Origin: Oligoflexia bacterium
Lineage (GTDB): Bacteria; Bdellovibrionota; UBA1018
Direction of reading: 5' to 3'
Length of the DNA stretch: 64,000 nucleotides
Assembly (NCBI GenBank): GCA_963758495.1
Contig: CAVWVI010000003.1
Location: forward strand, 864,001 to 928,000
Position 1 is the first letter of the stretch, and every line of letters starts with the position of its first letter. Below, piece by piece: positions 63,653-64,000 of the stretch. The position numbers were made by a program, and so were the translations under genes. Below the pieces are notes generated by a model. It worked only from the letters and a program-made list of their open reading frames with translations. It was not told where the DNA came from and ran no database searches.

Positions 63653-64000
63653 TTACTTCGACTGATTTGTCTCTGTATTTTCTATCCCAGCAGAGGGAAT
63701 ATAAAGAAGACGATGACAGCATGGACAAGAGTGCAAAGTAGTTCCACGATGGATCTCATTATAAAGCTGAGGTGGCACCATCATATTACATCCTTTACAA
63801 CGACCTCCAACCGCAGGAACAATTCCCAAGCCAGCTCGAGCGGGTCGGATTCGATTGTATTGTGCTAATATCTTTACTTCTATTTTAGATAAATACTGAT
63901 CACGTTCTGATGTTAAAGCCATAATATCAGATTTAAACTGATTTTCTTGACTCAGAAGCAGAGCGGCCTGAACTTGCCGATCTCCTTGTAATTGAGTAAG
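63653..64000 (-). CDS. Coiled-coil plus C4 zinc-ribbon (zf-RING_7) protein, partial
   Basis: YNRIR..CKGCNMMVPPQ..CPCCHRLLY; commonly found upstream of rnpB; runs off the right edge. Confidence 0.85.
   Translation of the reverse strand, partial: LTQLQGDRQVQAALLLSQENQFKSDIMALTSERDQYLSKIEVKILAQYNRIRPARAGLGIVPAVGGRCKGCNMMVPPQLYNEIHRGTTLHSCPCCHRLLYIPSAGIENTETNQSK

Overview
A mostly housekeeping bacterial chromosome window. Gene style suggests Bdellovibrionota/Oligoflexia (inference only). Left part: partial sigma-54 activator, an alkyl-DHAP-synthase-like/Fe-S/lipid-kinase operon, iscS-thiI, tlpA, an HNH/ECF-sigma/anti-sigma operon, two secreted proteins (one with an F-box-like motif plus FGE domain), a pantothenate/CoA operon led by a divergent IlvC-like reductase, and two tandem hipBA-like modules. 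Centre (20.3-39.7 kb, minus strand): the str-S10-spc-alpha ribosomal cluster, with many single-base frameshifts that are most likely consensus errors, plus Ala/Lys/Gly/Ser-rich terminal extensions. Right part: three small beta-barrel OMPs, an accessory patch (glycine-rich toxin-tail remnant with a possible immunity gene, DUF1778/GNAT TA pair, START protein, AAA ATPase, gene fragment), then clpP-clpX-lon, murI, dusB, pepP, hppD, speA and an RNase P RNA with a long P3. Most notable observations: a 26-bp duplication of the rplQ 3' region bracketing the second hipBA module, the IlvC-like candidate ketopantoate reductase, the secreted F-box-FGE fusion, the ADPS-Fe-S-kinase operon and a dispersed REP-like hairpin. 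All calls are from visual motif recognition; no searches were run.
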